DNA from: Dehalococcoidia bacterium
GTDB lineage: Bacteria > Chloroflexota > Dehalococcoidia > Bin125
Direction of reading: 5' to 3'
Assembly: GCA_965262235.1 (NCBI GenBank)
Contig: OZ253504.1
Coordinates: 2,582,354-2,646,353, forward strand
DNA: 64,000 nucleotides
Part shown: one piece after another, positions 45,120-54,866 of the stretch
Layout: each line of letters opens with the position of its first letter
Position numbering within the stretch: the first letter of the stretch is position 1
Made by a program: the position numbers and the translations under genes
Notes under the pieces: generated by a model
Databases searched by the model: none
Told to the model about the DNA's origin: nothing
The model's input: the letters and a program-made list of their open reading frames with translations, nothing else

Positions 45120-46393
45120 TAGATCACGCCCTCTTCGTGGAGCCCGGCGATCTCGTCCGGGCTCAAGCCCAACAGCTCGCCGTAGACGTAGTCGTTGTCC
45201 TCACCCAGCACGGCCGCGCCTCGCGTCATCGACCAATCCGTCTTCGACAGGTGCGCGGGGATGCCGTCGACACGGACGCGTCCCATCTCCGCCTGTCTGA
45301 TCGTCGGCCAGAGGCGGGCCTCGGCGGAGTTCGGGTCCTGGTCGATCCGTTGTTCCGGCGTCTGCACGGGATTGGCCGGCACGCCGGCGGCGCGCAGCAG
45401 CTCCGTCGATTCGAAGGGGTCGCGACGCAGACACCACTCAGCGATGTTCGCGTCGAGCTGATCCTGCGCCGCCACGCGTCCCGAGAGCTGGCCGTAGCAA
45501 TCGTCAGCAGCCCAACCACAACCGTCGGCGGCCAGCACGTCGCGCATCGCGTGCCAGTCCACGTCGTTGCGGCAGGCGATTGCGATCCAGGCCTCGTCGA
45601 ACGATCCGGGAATCGGCATGGCCGCGTAGATGTTGTGCGGGGCCATCGCCGGATGCAGCGAGTGATTGGCGTCGGGATAGCCATCGCGGCGCAGCGGTCG
45701 ACCATTGACGGTGTAGTCCAGGAGCACCGGACCGTTCAACGTGATCGCTGCTTCGGTTGCCGCGACATCGACGTACTGCCCCTCGCCGGTGCGATTGCGA
45801 TGGTGGATCGCCAGCATGATCGCCATCGCCATGAAGTAGGAGCCGGTGTGGTCCATGTAGGAGTAGCCCCAGCCGGCCGGCGGCTGATCGGGAAGCGCCG
45901 AGGACATCGTCAGCCCGCTGGTCGCCTGAACGATTGGTCCCCATGTCTTGAACTTCTCGTACGGGCCGGAGTGACCGAAGCCGCAGTTGGAGACATAGAT
46001 GATGTCTTCCCTGATCTGCTTGAGCTGCTCGTAGTCGTAACCCCATGAGCGCATCACGCCGGAGGAGAAGTTCTCGGTCACGCAGTCGGAGATGGCGACC
46101 AGCCGCTCGAATAGCTCGCGCCCCTTTTCGGTCTTGATGTTCAGCGAGACCCCGAGCTTGCCCACGTTGTGGTTGTTGAACGGTCCGCCCAGCTCGGGGC
46201 CGCGCCGGTCGTCCACATAGGGCGGCATCCCACGCAGGATGTCCCAGCGGCCGTGGTTGGAGGGGTCCTCGATGCGGATCACCTCGGCACCGAAGGCGGC
46301 CATGAATTTGGTCGCGCCAGCGCCGGCGAGCTGCCCGGTGAAATCGCAGATGCGCAGGTGCCCGAGGGCGCCGCGTCCGCCTGGTCGCCTCAT
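45119..46393 (-). CDS. family III CoA-transferase (CaiB/BaiF)
   Basis: LRICDFTGQLAGAGATKFMAAFGAEVIRIEDPSNHG; 424 aa; 1-bp overlap with the downstream paralog. Confidence 0.85.
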   Translation of the reverse strand: MRRPGGRGALGHLRICDFTGQLAGAGATKFMAAFGAEVIRIEDPSNHGRWDILRGMPPYVDDRRGPELGGPFNNHNVGKLGVSLNIKTEKGRELFERLVAISDCVTENFSSGVMRSWGYDYEQLKQIREDIIYVSNCGFGHSGPYEKFKTWGPIVQATSGLTMSSALPDQPPAGWGYSYMDHTGSYFMAMAIMLAIHHRNRTGEGQYVDVAATEAAITLNGPVLLDYTVNGRPLRRDGYPDANHSLHPAMAPHNIYAAMPIPGSFDEAWIAIACRNDVDWHAMRDVLAADGCGWAADDCYGQLSGRVAAQDQLDANIAEWCLRRDPFESTELLRAAGVPANPVQTPEQRIDQDPNSAEARLWPTIRQAEMGRVRVDGIPAHLSKTDWSMTRGAAVLGEDNDYVYGELLGLSPDEIAGLHEEGVI

Positions 46394-46516
46394 CGCCGTC
46401 CCCCTCTCGAGCGCCCCGGTCGAGCCGTCAGCTTGGGCGCACGCGCGGAAGTTTAGCGCCCGCCTCTATTCTGCCCCCAGCTCACAACGAACACGCACGA
46501 CTCAGGAGGCGGGGCA

Positions 46517-47290
46517 ATGGCTAACAAGGTGGCGCTGATCACGGGCGCGAGCCGCGGGATCGGGAAACAGCTGGCGATCGACTTTGCCGACGCGGGCTAC
46601 GACATCGTCGCGGTGGCGCGCTCGACGGCCGATTCACCGACCAAGCTGCCCGGCACGATCGACGAGACGGCGCAGCTGGTCCGTGACGCGGGCCAGCGCT
46701 GCATCACGATCGGCGCCGACCTCCAGGAGGTTGACGCGATCGACCGGATCGTCGACGCGACCTACGCCGAGCTGGGCCAGGTAGACGTGCTGATCAACAA
46801 CGCCGCGGTTGCCCCTCCGGGGAAAGCGCTCGATGGTTCGCGCAACCGTTGGCGGCTGGCGGTCGACATCAATGTCAACGCGCCGTTCTATCTGATGCAC
46901 GCGATCTGCCCGCGGATGGTCGCGAGCGGAGGCGGCGCGGTGATCAACATCGGCTCCGGCGCGGCGATTTCGCCCGAGTTCGGGCGCGTCTCCTACACGA
47001 CGACCAAGCGCGCCCTCGAAGCGATGAGCGAATCGCTGGCGCACGACCTCGCCGGCACCGGCGTCTCGGTCAACTGCCTGCGCCTCGAGCTTTCGGTCTA
47101 CTCGGAGGGCTACGCGTTCACGCTTGGGGAGCGCGCCAAAGAGATGGAGTTCGAGGACCCGATCATCATGTCCGACGCGTGCCTGTGGATGGTCGCCCAG
47201 GGCCCGGAGTGGACGGGCCGGATCGTCACCATCGCCGACCTCCGCAAGTACGGCGCGGTCCGCCCTCAGACGCTCAAACAGTTCGACTAA
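46517..47290 (+). CDS. SDR family oxidoreductase
   Basis: VALITGASRGIGK Rossmann motif and YTTTK active-site region. Confidence 0.85.
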   Translation: MANKVALITGASRGIGKQLAIDFADAGYDIVAVARSTADSPTKLPGTIDETAQLVRDAGQRCITIGADLQEVDAIDRIVDATYAELGQVDVLINNAAVAPPGKALDGSRNRWRLAVDINVNAPFYLMHAICPRMVASGGGAVINIGSGAAISPEFGRVSYTTTKRALEAMSESLAHDLAGTGVSVNCLRLELSVYSEGYAFTLGERAKEMEFEDPIIMSDACLWMVAQGPEWTGRIVTIADLRKYGAVRPQTLKQFD

Positions 47291-47350
47291 GATGCCGGTC
47301 GGTCGATCCCGCCAGTGTGATATTCGCGCGGCGGCGGCGTAGGTGGACGC

Positions 47351-48793
47351 TCACGCACCGTCTCCTTGTGGGAGTTCCGGCGCGGTCAGCTGGCGTACCT
47401 CCAGCTCGACGGAGGCGGGGCCTTCGATGCGGCGCGACTCCTCGACGGCGCCCAGCTCCTCGATCCGGCGTGCCTGGACCAGCACGCGCGACTGAAACGA
47501 GCCGACGCTGCTGTTGTAGGCGCGCACCGCCGATGTCAGCGCCTTGCCGACGTTGCCCACATGGTCGGAGTACGTCGCCAGACGCGTGTAGAGCTCGCGC
47601 GACGTGTCGGCGATCTCCTGCGCGTTCTGCTGGATGTCTTCCTGCTGCCAGGCCACGCCGATGGTCCTGAGCAGTGCGATCAGCAGCCCCGGACTTGCGA
47701 TCAGCACCTTGTGCTGGGTCCACGCGTCCTCCCAGATGGTCGGCTGCGCGACCATCGCCGCGTCCAGAATCGTCTCCGTCGGCACGAACAGCACGACGAA
47801 GTCGGGCGACTTGCCATCGATCGCATCGGCGTAGTTCTTGCTGCCCAGGGCGCGCGCGTGGTTCATCAAGGCTGCCGCGTGCTGGCCCAACGCCGCCCGC
47901 TGTTCGTCGTCGTCGTGAGACTCGTTCGCGCGCAGATAGGCCTCCAACGGCGTCTTCGCGTCGACGGGGACGCTCAACCCGCGCGGTAGCTTGATCACCG
48001 CGTCGGGACGGATCGCGCCGTCCTCGGTGACGGTGTGCTCCTGCCGCGAGTAGTCGACGTGCTCACGCATTCCGGCGACCTCCAGCACGCGCTCGAGTGT
48101 GAGCTCGCCCCAGCGTCCCCGCTGCTGCGGTGAGCTCAAGGCCTGGCGCAGGCCGGTCGTGGTCGCGCGAAGCTCGCCGATCTGCTTGCCGGCGCTGCCG
48201 ATCAGCTCGACCACCATGCCGTAGGCGTTCTCGCGCTTCTCCTCGATCTCGCCGACGCGCTTCTGCAGCTTCTCCAGCGTTTCGCCGACCGGCTTGACCA
48301 GGTTGTCGACGGCCTGCTGGCGTTTCTCGAGGTCCGTGTCGGCGAGTTCGCGGTCGCGCTTGAACTGATCCTCGGCCTGTTTGCGGAACCCCTCGTTGCT
48401 CAGCTGCAACGCATCGAGCGCCAGGCCCTTGAAGCGCTGTTCGAGATCCGCTCGGTACTGCTCAAGTTCCTCGCGGCGCGCGCGATGCGACTGCTCCAGC
48501 GCGGCGACGGCCTCCCGAGAGGTCGCAAGCTCGCGGCGCAGTCGCTGGATCTCCGTCTGCGCTTCAATCTCCTGCTCGCGGGCTCGCCGCAGTTGGTCCG
48601 AGCGCTCTTCGAGCGAGGTCTGGGCTGCGGCCAGATCGATCTGCGCGCTGGTCAGCCCGTTGGCAGTCTCCGCCTGCGAAATGCGCAATTCGTCGACCTG
48701 CTCGCGTGCGAGCCCTGCGCTGCGTTGGGCCCACAGCCAGCCGACGAATCCGCCCAGCGCCACGATCGCCAGCACAACGACTGCGATCTCCAT
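47351..48793 (-). CDS. rmuC: DNA recombination protein RmuC
   Basis: N-terminal TM helix, long coiled coil, and C-terminal RmuC region (SPDFVVLFVPTE...LIASPGLLIALL). Confidence 0.8.
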   Translation of the reverse strand: MEIAVVVLAIVALGGFVGWLWAQRSAGLAREQVDELRISQAETANGLTSAQIDLAAAQTSLEERSDQLRRAREQEIEAQTEIQRLRRELATSREAVAALEQSHRARREELEQYRADLEQRFKGLALDALQLSNEGFRKQAEDQFKRDRELADTDLEKRQQAVDNLVKPVGETLEKLQKRVGEIEEKRENAYGMVVELIGSAGKQIGELRATTTGLRQALSSPQQRGRWGELTLERVLEVAGMREHVDYSRQEHTVTEDGAIRPDAVIKLPRGLSVPVDAKTPLEAYLRANESHDDDEQRAALGQHAAALMNHARALGSKNYADAIDGKSPDFVVLFVPTETILDAAMVAQPTIWEDAWTQHKVLIASPGLLIALLRTIGVAWQQEDIQQNAQEIADTSRELYTRLATYSDHVGNVGKALTSAVRAYNSSVGSFQSRVLVQARRIEELGAVEESRRIEGPASVELEVRQLTAPELPQGDGA

Positions 48794-48922
48794 GAGCTAC
48801 CTCCGCTTCGATTTCGTAAACCCCAGGTCCACGCGAGTTGGGCCGGGAACTCTCGGGCCGGGCGAGCGTCTTGCACTCCAGGCACGCGACTTCGCCGAGC
48901 GTAGGGTGAGGTCGGATTCGGC

Positions 48923-49708
48923 GTGAGGAGGCAACGGGTGAGGGCATTGATCGCCACTCTCTCGCTTGTGATCGCGCTCGCGATCAATCTGGTCGCGTGC
49001 TCGTCAAACGATCGAATGTCGGGTGAGGTGTTCTGGATCGGCGGCGATGTCGACCTGCCCGAGGGCGCCGTGCTGCGCGTCGCGCTGTCGGATGTGAGCT
49101 TCGCCGATAGCTCCGCGATCGTGGTGGCTGAACAGCTGATCGAGGATGTTGGCTCCCTGCCGCAGCGGTTTTCGTTCAGCTTCGACCGCGGCCAGATCGA
49201 GCAACGAAACGACTACAGCTTGTCGGCACGGGTCGAGCTGGATGGGCAGCTGCTCTACATCGATGACACTGTACACAGCGTCCTCACGGGTGGCAGTCCC
49301 GGGCGCAGCGACATCGCGGTGGTCTCCGTCAACTCGAACGATCCGTGCCGCGAGCCGCTGCCCGGCTCCGTCGGCTTCTACGACGACGGCCGTTGGGAGG
49401 GGACGAGCATTCCTCCTGGCGCCGTCGCCACCATCCGCTTGCTCGATGTCTCCGATCCCGACACTCCGACCAGCGTGACCGAAACGGTCGTTGAGGACCT
49501 CACTGAGTTCCCGATCGAGTTCGAGCTGCCGCACGGCGGTGTCAGCGTCGATCGGCATCACCGCTATGAGCTGGAAGCGACGGTCACGCTCGACGGGCGC
49601 GTGCTCTTCGACGATGACGTCCACGACGCGCACCGGATGCTCCCCTTCGCGGTCTGCCCGAGCGTCGACCGGCCGCTGTTCATGGAGGTGTATCGGGTTG
49701 GCGAGTGA
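48923..49708 (+). CDS. YbaY-like lipoprotein (two tandem repeats)
   Basis: Signal peptide with LVAC lipobox. Two YbaY-type repeats (LRVALSDVSFADSSAIVVAEQLI... and TIRLLDVSDPDTPTSVTETVVEDL...). Confidence 0.5.
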   Translation: MRRQRVRALIATLSLVIALAINLVACSSNDRMSGEVFWIGGDVDLPEGAVLRVALSDVSFADSSAIVVAEQLIEDVGSLPQRFSFSFDRGQIEQRNDYSLSARVELDGQLLYIDDTVHSVLTGGSPGRSDIAVVSVNSNDPCREPLPGSVGFYDDGRWEGTSIPPGAVATIRLLDVSDPDTPTSVTETVVEDLTEFPIEFELPHGGVSVDRHHRYELEATVTLDGRVLFDDDVHDAHRMLPFAVCPSVDRPLFMEVYRVGE

Positions 49709-49778
49709 CGGCCCGGCTGAGCCGGTCGAGGTGCGATAATGGGCCGTGAAGCCCGCACACTGTTGACCGGAGATTGAC

Positions 49779-51368
49779 ATGGAAGTCCCGCTGCTCGTCA
49801 CCGATTTCCTGCGACGCGCGACGAAGCTGTACGCCGATTCGGAGGCAGTGGTCGATGGCGATCAACGCCTCAGCTGGCGCGAGTTCGGTGAGCGCGTCAA
49901 CCAGCAGGCCAACGCGTTGCTCGAGATGGGGATCGGGAAGGGCGATCGCGTGGCGATCATCGCGCCAAACAGCCACCAGTTCCTTGAGACGTTCTACGCC
50001 ACGGCCTCGATCGGCGCGATCATCGTGCCGGTCAACTACCGCCTGATCCCGTCCGACTTCGAGTACATCCTGCAGCACTCGACCGCGCGGGTTGTGCTCG
50101 TCGACGCCGAGTTCACTCACCTGGTCGACCTGATCCGCAGCGCGGCGCCGTCGGTCGAGCACTACATCGCGGTCCCCTACGGCGACGCGCCGATCGCGCC
50201 GGGCTGGACCGACTACGAGGTCTGGATCGGCGGCCAGCCGACCTCTGCGCCGCCGGACCCGGGCCTCGAAGAGACCGACCTGCTCAGCATCAACTACACC
50301 TCCGGCACGACCGCGCGGCCCAAGGGTGTGATGATCACCCACCGCAACGCCTACATCAACACCTACAACTTCATCGCCCATCTGCGCATTCAGCAGAACG
50401 ACGCGGAGCTGTGGACCCTGCCGATGTTCCACGCCAACGGCTGGGGCGGCGTCTATGCGATCACCGCGATGGGCGGCAAACACGTGGTGCTGCGCGCGCC
50501 GGAGGCCGACGACATCTACCGCCTGATCCAGGACGAGCGCTGCACGTTTGCCTGCATGGCGCCTGCGGTGCTCGCGCGGATCCTCGAGTTCGAGCGCAAG
50601 GACGAGTTCGAGATCACGACGCGCCCGCGTTTCACCGTCGCGGGCGCGCCGCCGCCGCAGGCGTTCATCGAGCGGCTCGAAAACGAACTCGGCTGGGAGT
50701 TCATGCAGATCTATGGGCTGACCGAGACCTCGCCGATCCTCACCGTCGCCCAGCCCAAGCCGCACGTCGAAGTCGGCTCGCCCGCCTACTTCCGCAACAA
50801 GGTCCGCGCCGGGCATGAAGTCATCGGCGTCGATGTCAAGATCGTCGATGACGTCGGTGATGAGGTCGAGTGGGACGACGAATCGATCGGCGAGATCGTC
50901 GCCCGATCCAATGTCGTCATGCGCGGCTACTGGGAGCAGCAGGCCGAGACCGACAAGGTGATCGTCGACGGCTGGTTCCACACCGGCGACATGGCCACGG
51001 TCAACTCGGAGGGCTACATCAACATCGTTGACCGCGCGAAGGACGTGATCATCTCGGGTGGCGAGAACATCTCCTCAATCGAGGTTGAAGACGTGCTCTA
51101 CCAGCACCCCGGGGTGCTGGAGGCCGCCGTGATCGGCGTTCCCTCGGAGCAGTGGGGCGAGACGCCGCTGGCGCTGATCGTGCCGCGCGAAGGACAGGAA
51201 GTCACGCGGGACGAGATCGTCGCGCACTGCCGAGCCCAGATGGCCAGCTTCAAAATCCCCCGCCGGGTCGAGTTCGTCGAAGAGCTGCCCCGTACCGCCA
51301 CGGGGAAACTGAAGAAGTTCGAGCTGCGCGAAACCTACTGGGAGGGCGTCGAGAAGCGGGTGAATTGA
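49779..51368 (+). CDS. AMP-dependent acyl-CoA synthetase/ligase
   Basis: INYTSGTTARPKGVMITHRN AMP-binding motif and C-terminal GKLKK; 529 aa. Confidence 0.85.
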   Translation: MEVPLLVTDFLRRATKLYADSEAVVDGDQRLSWREFGERVNQQANALLEMGIGKGDRVAIIAPNSHQFLETFYATASIGAIIVPVNYRLIPSDFEYILQHSTARVVLVDAEFTHLVDLIRSAAPSVEHYIAVPYGDAPIAPGWTDYEVWIGGQPTSAPPDPGLEETDLLSINYTSGTTARPKGVMITHRNAYINTYNFIAHLRIQQNDAELWTLPMFHANGWGGVYAITAMGGKHVVLRAPEADDIYRLIQDERCTFACMAPAVLARILEFERKDEFEITTRPRFTVAGAPPPQAFIERLENELGWEFMQIYGLTETSPILTVAQPKPHVEVGSPAYFRNKVRAGHEVIGVDVKIVDDVGDEVEWDDESIGEIVARSNVVMRGYWEQQAETDKVIVDGWFHTGDMATVNSEGYINIVDRAKDVIISGGENISSIEVEDVLYQHPGVLEAAVIGVPSEQWGETPLALIVPREGQEVTRDEIVAHCRAQMASFKIPRRVEFVEELPRTATGKLKKFELRETYWEGVEKRVN

Positions 51369-51442
51369 GCGGGATGTCGATGCCGGCGGTGCGCGCAATG
51401 GCGAATCCCCGGGGACGCGTGCCGCTACTGTAGGTCTCGCAG

Positions 51443-52636
51443 ATGAGCGGGGGGACGATGGCGATCACGCCTCGAATCGATGTCGATCCAGGGTTGATCG
51501 AGTGGGCGTGCGTACGGTCTCGCGTGCAGCGAGCAGATCTGGAGCGGAAGTTCAGGGGACTCCCGAGATGGCTTGCGGGAGAGGAGTCTCCAACTTCGGC
51601 GCAGCTCCAGTCGTTCGCGAAGGCAACGTACACGCCGTTTGGCTATTTCTTCAGTCCAGAGCCCCCAGCAGACGCTCTGCCTGTCAGCGATTTTCGGGTC
51701 CGAACGGGCGGGCTACTGGATCGACCTTCACCACATTTGCTGGACACGATCTACAACTGTCAGGATCGGCAGGCGTGGTATCGCGACTATCTGCAGGCGA
51801 GTGGAGAGCCGCCTGTTGACTGGATTGGATCGCAGGTCCTCGAGGGCGATCCGACGACGGCGGCGAGACGATTTGCTCGCGAAGTAGGTTTGGGCGTGGA
51901 GTCCCGATCTGGTGCGTCAACCTGGGAGGATGCGCTGAGGGATGCCCGACGGATGTTGGAAGCCGTGGGCGTATTGGTGATGGTGAACGGTGTTGTGGGA
52001 AACAATACCCGCAGGCGGCTCGATCCCGACGAGTTCATCGGATTCGCGCTGGCAGACGATCTGGCGCCCTTGATATTCATCAACAACGCCGACTACAAGG
52101 CGTCGCAGATGTTCTCGGTGGCTCACGAGATCGGGCATCTACTCTTGGGCGAGTCTGGAGTCTCCGACGATTCAGTCGGCGTAGAGCAGGCGCCAGACAA
52201 CGAGAGGTGGTGTGATCACTTCGCGGCAGAACTATTGGTTCCCGAAGCAGATCTGCAAGCGCAGGATCTCGACTTCAGGGAAGTGGCCCGAGATGATCTA
52301 CAGAGCTTAGCGCGCCGATACAAGGTCAGTAAGGTCGTGGTGCTGCGTCGCCTGCGAACGGTGGGTCTCATCGGTATTCGTCGGTATTCTGACCTGTTCG
52401 CTGAAGAGCGACAAGAATTCGCGGCGCGGCGAGCAGCACGCGATGGTGACACCGGCCGCGGAGGGAACTTCTACAACACATTCTTCCAGAGAACCGGACG
52501 CCGATTTGTCTGGGCCGTGGTAGCCAGCACCTTGGGCGGGCAGACGACATACGACGAAATGTCGAGATTACTTGGAATTAGCACGTTCGAGACTTTCGAC
52601 AAGATCGCGGCGGACTTTGGAATGGCGCGCCCATGA
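51443..52636 (+). CDS. XRE-like N-terminal region fused to ImmA/IrrE-family zinc metallopeptidase
   Basis: FSVAHEIGHLLLGE (HExxH of COG2856 ImmA/IrrE). 397 aa; 4-bp overlap with the downstream DUF4411 gene. Confidence 0.7.
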   Translation: MSGGTMAITPRIDVDPGLIEWACVRSRVQRADLERKFRGLPRWLAGEESPTSAQLQSFAKATYTPFGYFFSPEPPADALPVSDFRVRTGGLLDRPSPHLLDTIYNCQDRQAWYRDYLQASGEPPVDWIGSQVLEGDPTTAARRFAREVGLGVESRSGASTWEDALRDARRMLEAVGVLVMVNGVVGNNTRRRLDPDEFIGFALADDLAPLIFINNADYKASQMFSVAHEIGHLLLGESGVSDDSVGVEQAPDNERWCDHFAAELLVPEADLQAQDLDFREVARDDLQSLARRYKVSKVVVLRRLRTVGLIGIRRYSDLFAEERQEFAARRAARDGDTGRGGNFYNTFFQRTGRRFVWAVVASTLGGQTTYDEMSRLLGISTFETFDKIAADFGMARP

Positions 52637-53130
52637 CCGATCTCATCGACGCAAACGTCTTGATCGAGGCTTACCGAAGATACTATAGCATGGACATTTG
52701 TCCTGGGTTTTGGGACTGGCTCGGTGGTGCCTTGGCTCTCGGCGATGTCGTTCTGATTCCGCAAGTCGCGCGTGAAGTGACGCCGCGTTCTCAGATCCTA
52801 ATCAACTGGCTCCGTAATGATGCAACCATCCAGGAGCCGAGGAATCTCGCGCCAATCGATCACTCTCGTCGGCAGGTGACGGCCAGGGTCAATCAGTTGG
52901 GGTGTACTCCCTATTCTGTGAACAAGTTTATGCTTGGCGGCGATTTCCACTTGGCTGCTTTCGCAGATGCTGGGGGTCACAGGATTGTCACACTTGAGAC
53001 AAAAGAGGATCCTAACAAGTCGAGCAGAAGACTCAAGCTTCCAGACCTCTGTGACTCCATGGGCATCGAGTGGGCAAGGCCGTTTCAGATGCTTAAGGAC
53101 CACGGAGTGCGGTTCGAGTGGTCTGGATAG
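52633..53130 (+). CDS. DUF4411 (PIN-like) family protein
   Basis: MTDLIDANVLIEAYRRYYSMDICPGFWDWL matches the DUF4411 N-terminal pattern. Distinctly lower GC than the surroundings. Confidence 0.6.
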   Translation: MTDLIDANVLIEAYRRYYSMDICPGFWDWLGGALALGDVVLIPQVAREVTPRSQILINWLRNDATIQEPRNLAPIDHSRRQVTARVNQLGCTPYSVNKFMLGGDFHLAAFADAGGHRIVTLETKEDPNKSSRRLKLPDLCDSMGIEWARPFQMLKDHGVRFEWSG

Positions 53131-53309
53131 CTTCGGTGCCCGACCGTCAGTGGGTGGACTCTGCTGTCCGCCTTTATGACGCCGCTGGGTCGCCTAGTCT
53201 TGGGGGCATTCACGTCCCCTGTGCCCCAGCGCACGGTACGGCGAAGCTCCTGTGCGAACTCCCCCGCTCTTGACTGTAGATTCACTACTCCAGCTACGCT
53301 CAATAGCAG

Positions 53310-54239
53310 CTAGCCCAAGACGCCGCTGAGGAAGCTGTTGACGCGGTTTGTGCCGTCCATGCCGGCGGGGGTGGGGAAGTTGTCGAAGCCGTGGGGGGCC
53401 TCGGGGAACACGTGGAGGTCTGTCTCGTGCCCGGCCGCCTCCCAACGGGCCGCCATGAAGAGGGTGTCATCGAGCAGCGGATCGAGCGTGCCCACGATGA
53501 AGATCGCCGGGGGCATGTCGTGCAGACGCGCCAGCAGCGGCGTCACGTCGGGGTCGTCGCGGTCCGCGGGGTCCACATAGTGGTCGATGAACCACTCCAT
53601 GATCGGGCTCGAGAGGATCAGGTTGCGCTCGCCCCAGAGCCGGGCTGAGGGCGAATGCCGTAGGTCGTAGACGCCGTAGATCAGCGCCGCGCCGAGGAAG
53701 CCGGTGTAGCCGTGGTTGTCGCGCATCCGCAGCAGCGTGGTTGCCGAGAGGTGCCCGCCGGCCGACTCGCCGCCGATCGTGAACTTGTCGGCGCCGAACT
53801 CCGACTGACCGTTCTCGACCAGCCAGACAGCGGCCGCTTCGCAGTCGTCGTTGCTGGCCGGCCAGCGATGCTCGGGCGCCAGTCGGTAGCCGACCGAGAC
53901 CACGGCCTGCTGGGTCGCCTGGGCGCGCTCCCAGAGCCGCTCGTCGGCGCCGTCGTGCGAGCCGATCACCCAGCCGCCGCCGTGGATGTGCAGGTAGACG
54001 CCGTTCACGACCTCCGGCACGAAGACGCGGATCGGAATGTCGCCGGCCGGCCCGGCAATCGTGCGCTCCTGCGCGATGTCGTCAAGGCGCGGCGGCGGCG
54101 GCCCAAACGGCCCACCCTCGGCCAGCGCGTCGCGCACCTCCTGCGCGCCCATCTCGTTCCACGGCTTGGCATCGGCCGAGAGCGTTTCGATCATCTGGTT
54201 CAGCGCCACCGTCTGCGGATCTGCTCGCATCACACTCAC
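53310..54239 (-). CDS. alpha/beta hydrolase, esterase/lipase (HSL family)
   Basis: HGGGW oxyanion motif and GESAGG nucleophile elbow. Confidence 0.8.
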   Translation of the reverse strand: MSVMRADPQTVALNQMIETLSADAKPWNEMGAQEVRDALAEGGPFGPPPPRLDDIAQERTIAGPAGDIPIRVFVPEVVNGVYLHIHGGGWVIGSHDGADERLWERAQATQQAVVSVGYRLAPEHRWPASNDDCEAAAVWLVENGQSEFGADKFTIGGESAGGHLSATTLLRMRDNHGYTGFLGAALIYGVYDLRHSPSARLWGERNLILSSPIMEWFIDHYVDPADRDDPDVTPLLARLHDMPPAIFIVGTLDPLLDDTLFMAARWEAAGHETDLHVFPEAPHGFDNFPTPAGMDGTNRVNSFLSGVLG

Positions 54240-54361
54240 CCTTCACGGTTCGGATTGAACTCAGTATACGAAGGCCCACGGTTCGAACAAGCGTCCTGTG
54301 ATCGGCTAGAGTCTCGCCGTGCGATGCTAGGGAGCCGGAACCCCGACCGAGAGGAACGCTG

Positions 54362-54829
54362 ATGCCGCTGCCCGATTCGATCGAAGCCACCGCCAACGGA
54401 CTGATCTCACGCCTGTTGGACACGATCGACGGCCTGACCGCCGAACAGCTCGACGCCCGCCCGCTCGACGAAGCGAGTTCGCTGTTCATCCTCGTGACCC
54501 ACGCCATCTCCGCGACCGAGTGGAACTTCGTCGAAGTGCTCGCCGGCGGCAACGTCGACCGCACGCGACAGGTCGAATTCGACGCGCAAGCCGCCGACTT
54601 CGACGACCCCGCTGGCATGTTGCGCGACCGCTGGGCGAGCGCTCGAGACGCGATCCACAACGCGCTCGCCTCGCTCGATGACGACGAGTGGGACCGCCTG
54701 CGGATGCACATTTTCCAGCAGCGCGAGATCACGGGCTGGGATGTCGTGTGCTCCGCCCTCGCGCACACCGGCGAGCATGTCGGCCACGCCGAACTCACCC
54801 GCCAGATGCTCGACAACGAAGCGCTCTAG
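54362..54829 (+). CDS. DinB/YfiT-like (DinB_2) metal-dependent four-helix-bundle protein
   Basis: LVTHAISATEW...ALAHTGEHVGH His-rich pattern typical of the DinB_2/mycothiol-dependent-enzyme-like fold. Confidence 0.65.
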   Translation: MPLPDSIEATANGLISRLLDTIDGLTAEQLDARPLDEASSLFILVTHAISATEWNFVEVLAGGNVDRTRQVEFDAQAADFDDPAGMLRDRWASARDAIHNALASLDDDEWDRLRMHIFQQREITGWDVVCSALAHTGEHVGHAELTRQMLDNEAL

Positions 54830-54866
54830 GCCGAACTACGATTGATCGCCGAGGAGTCCGCGACCG

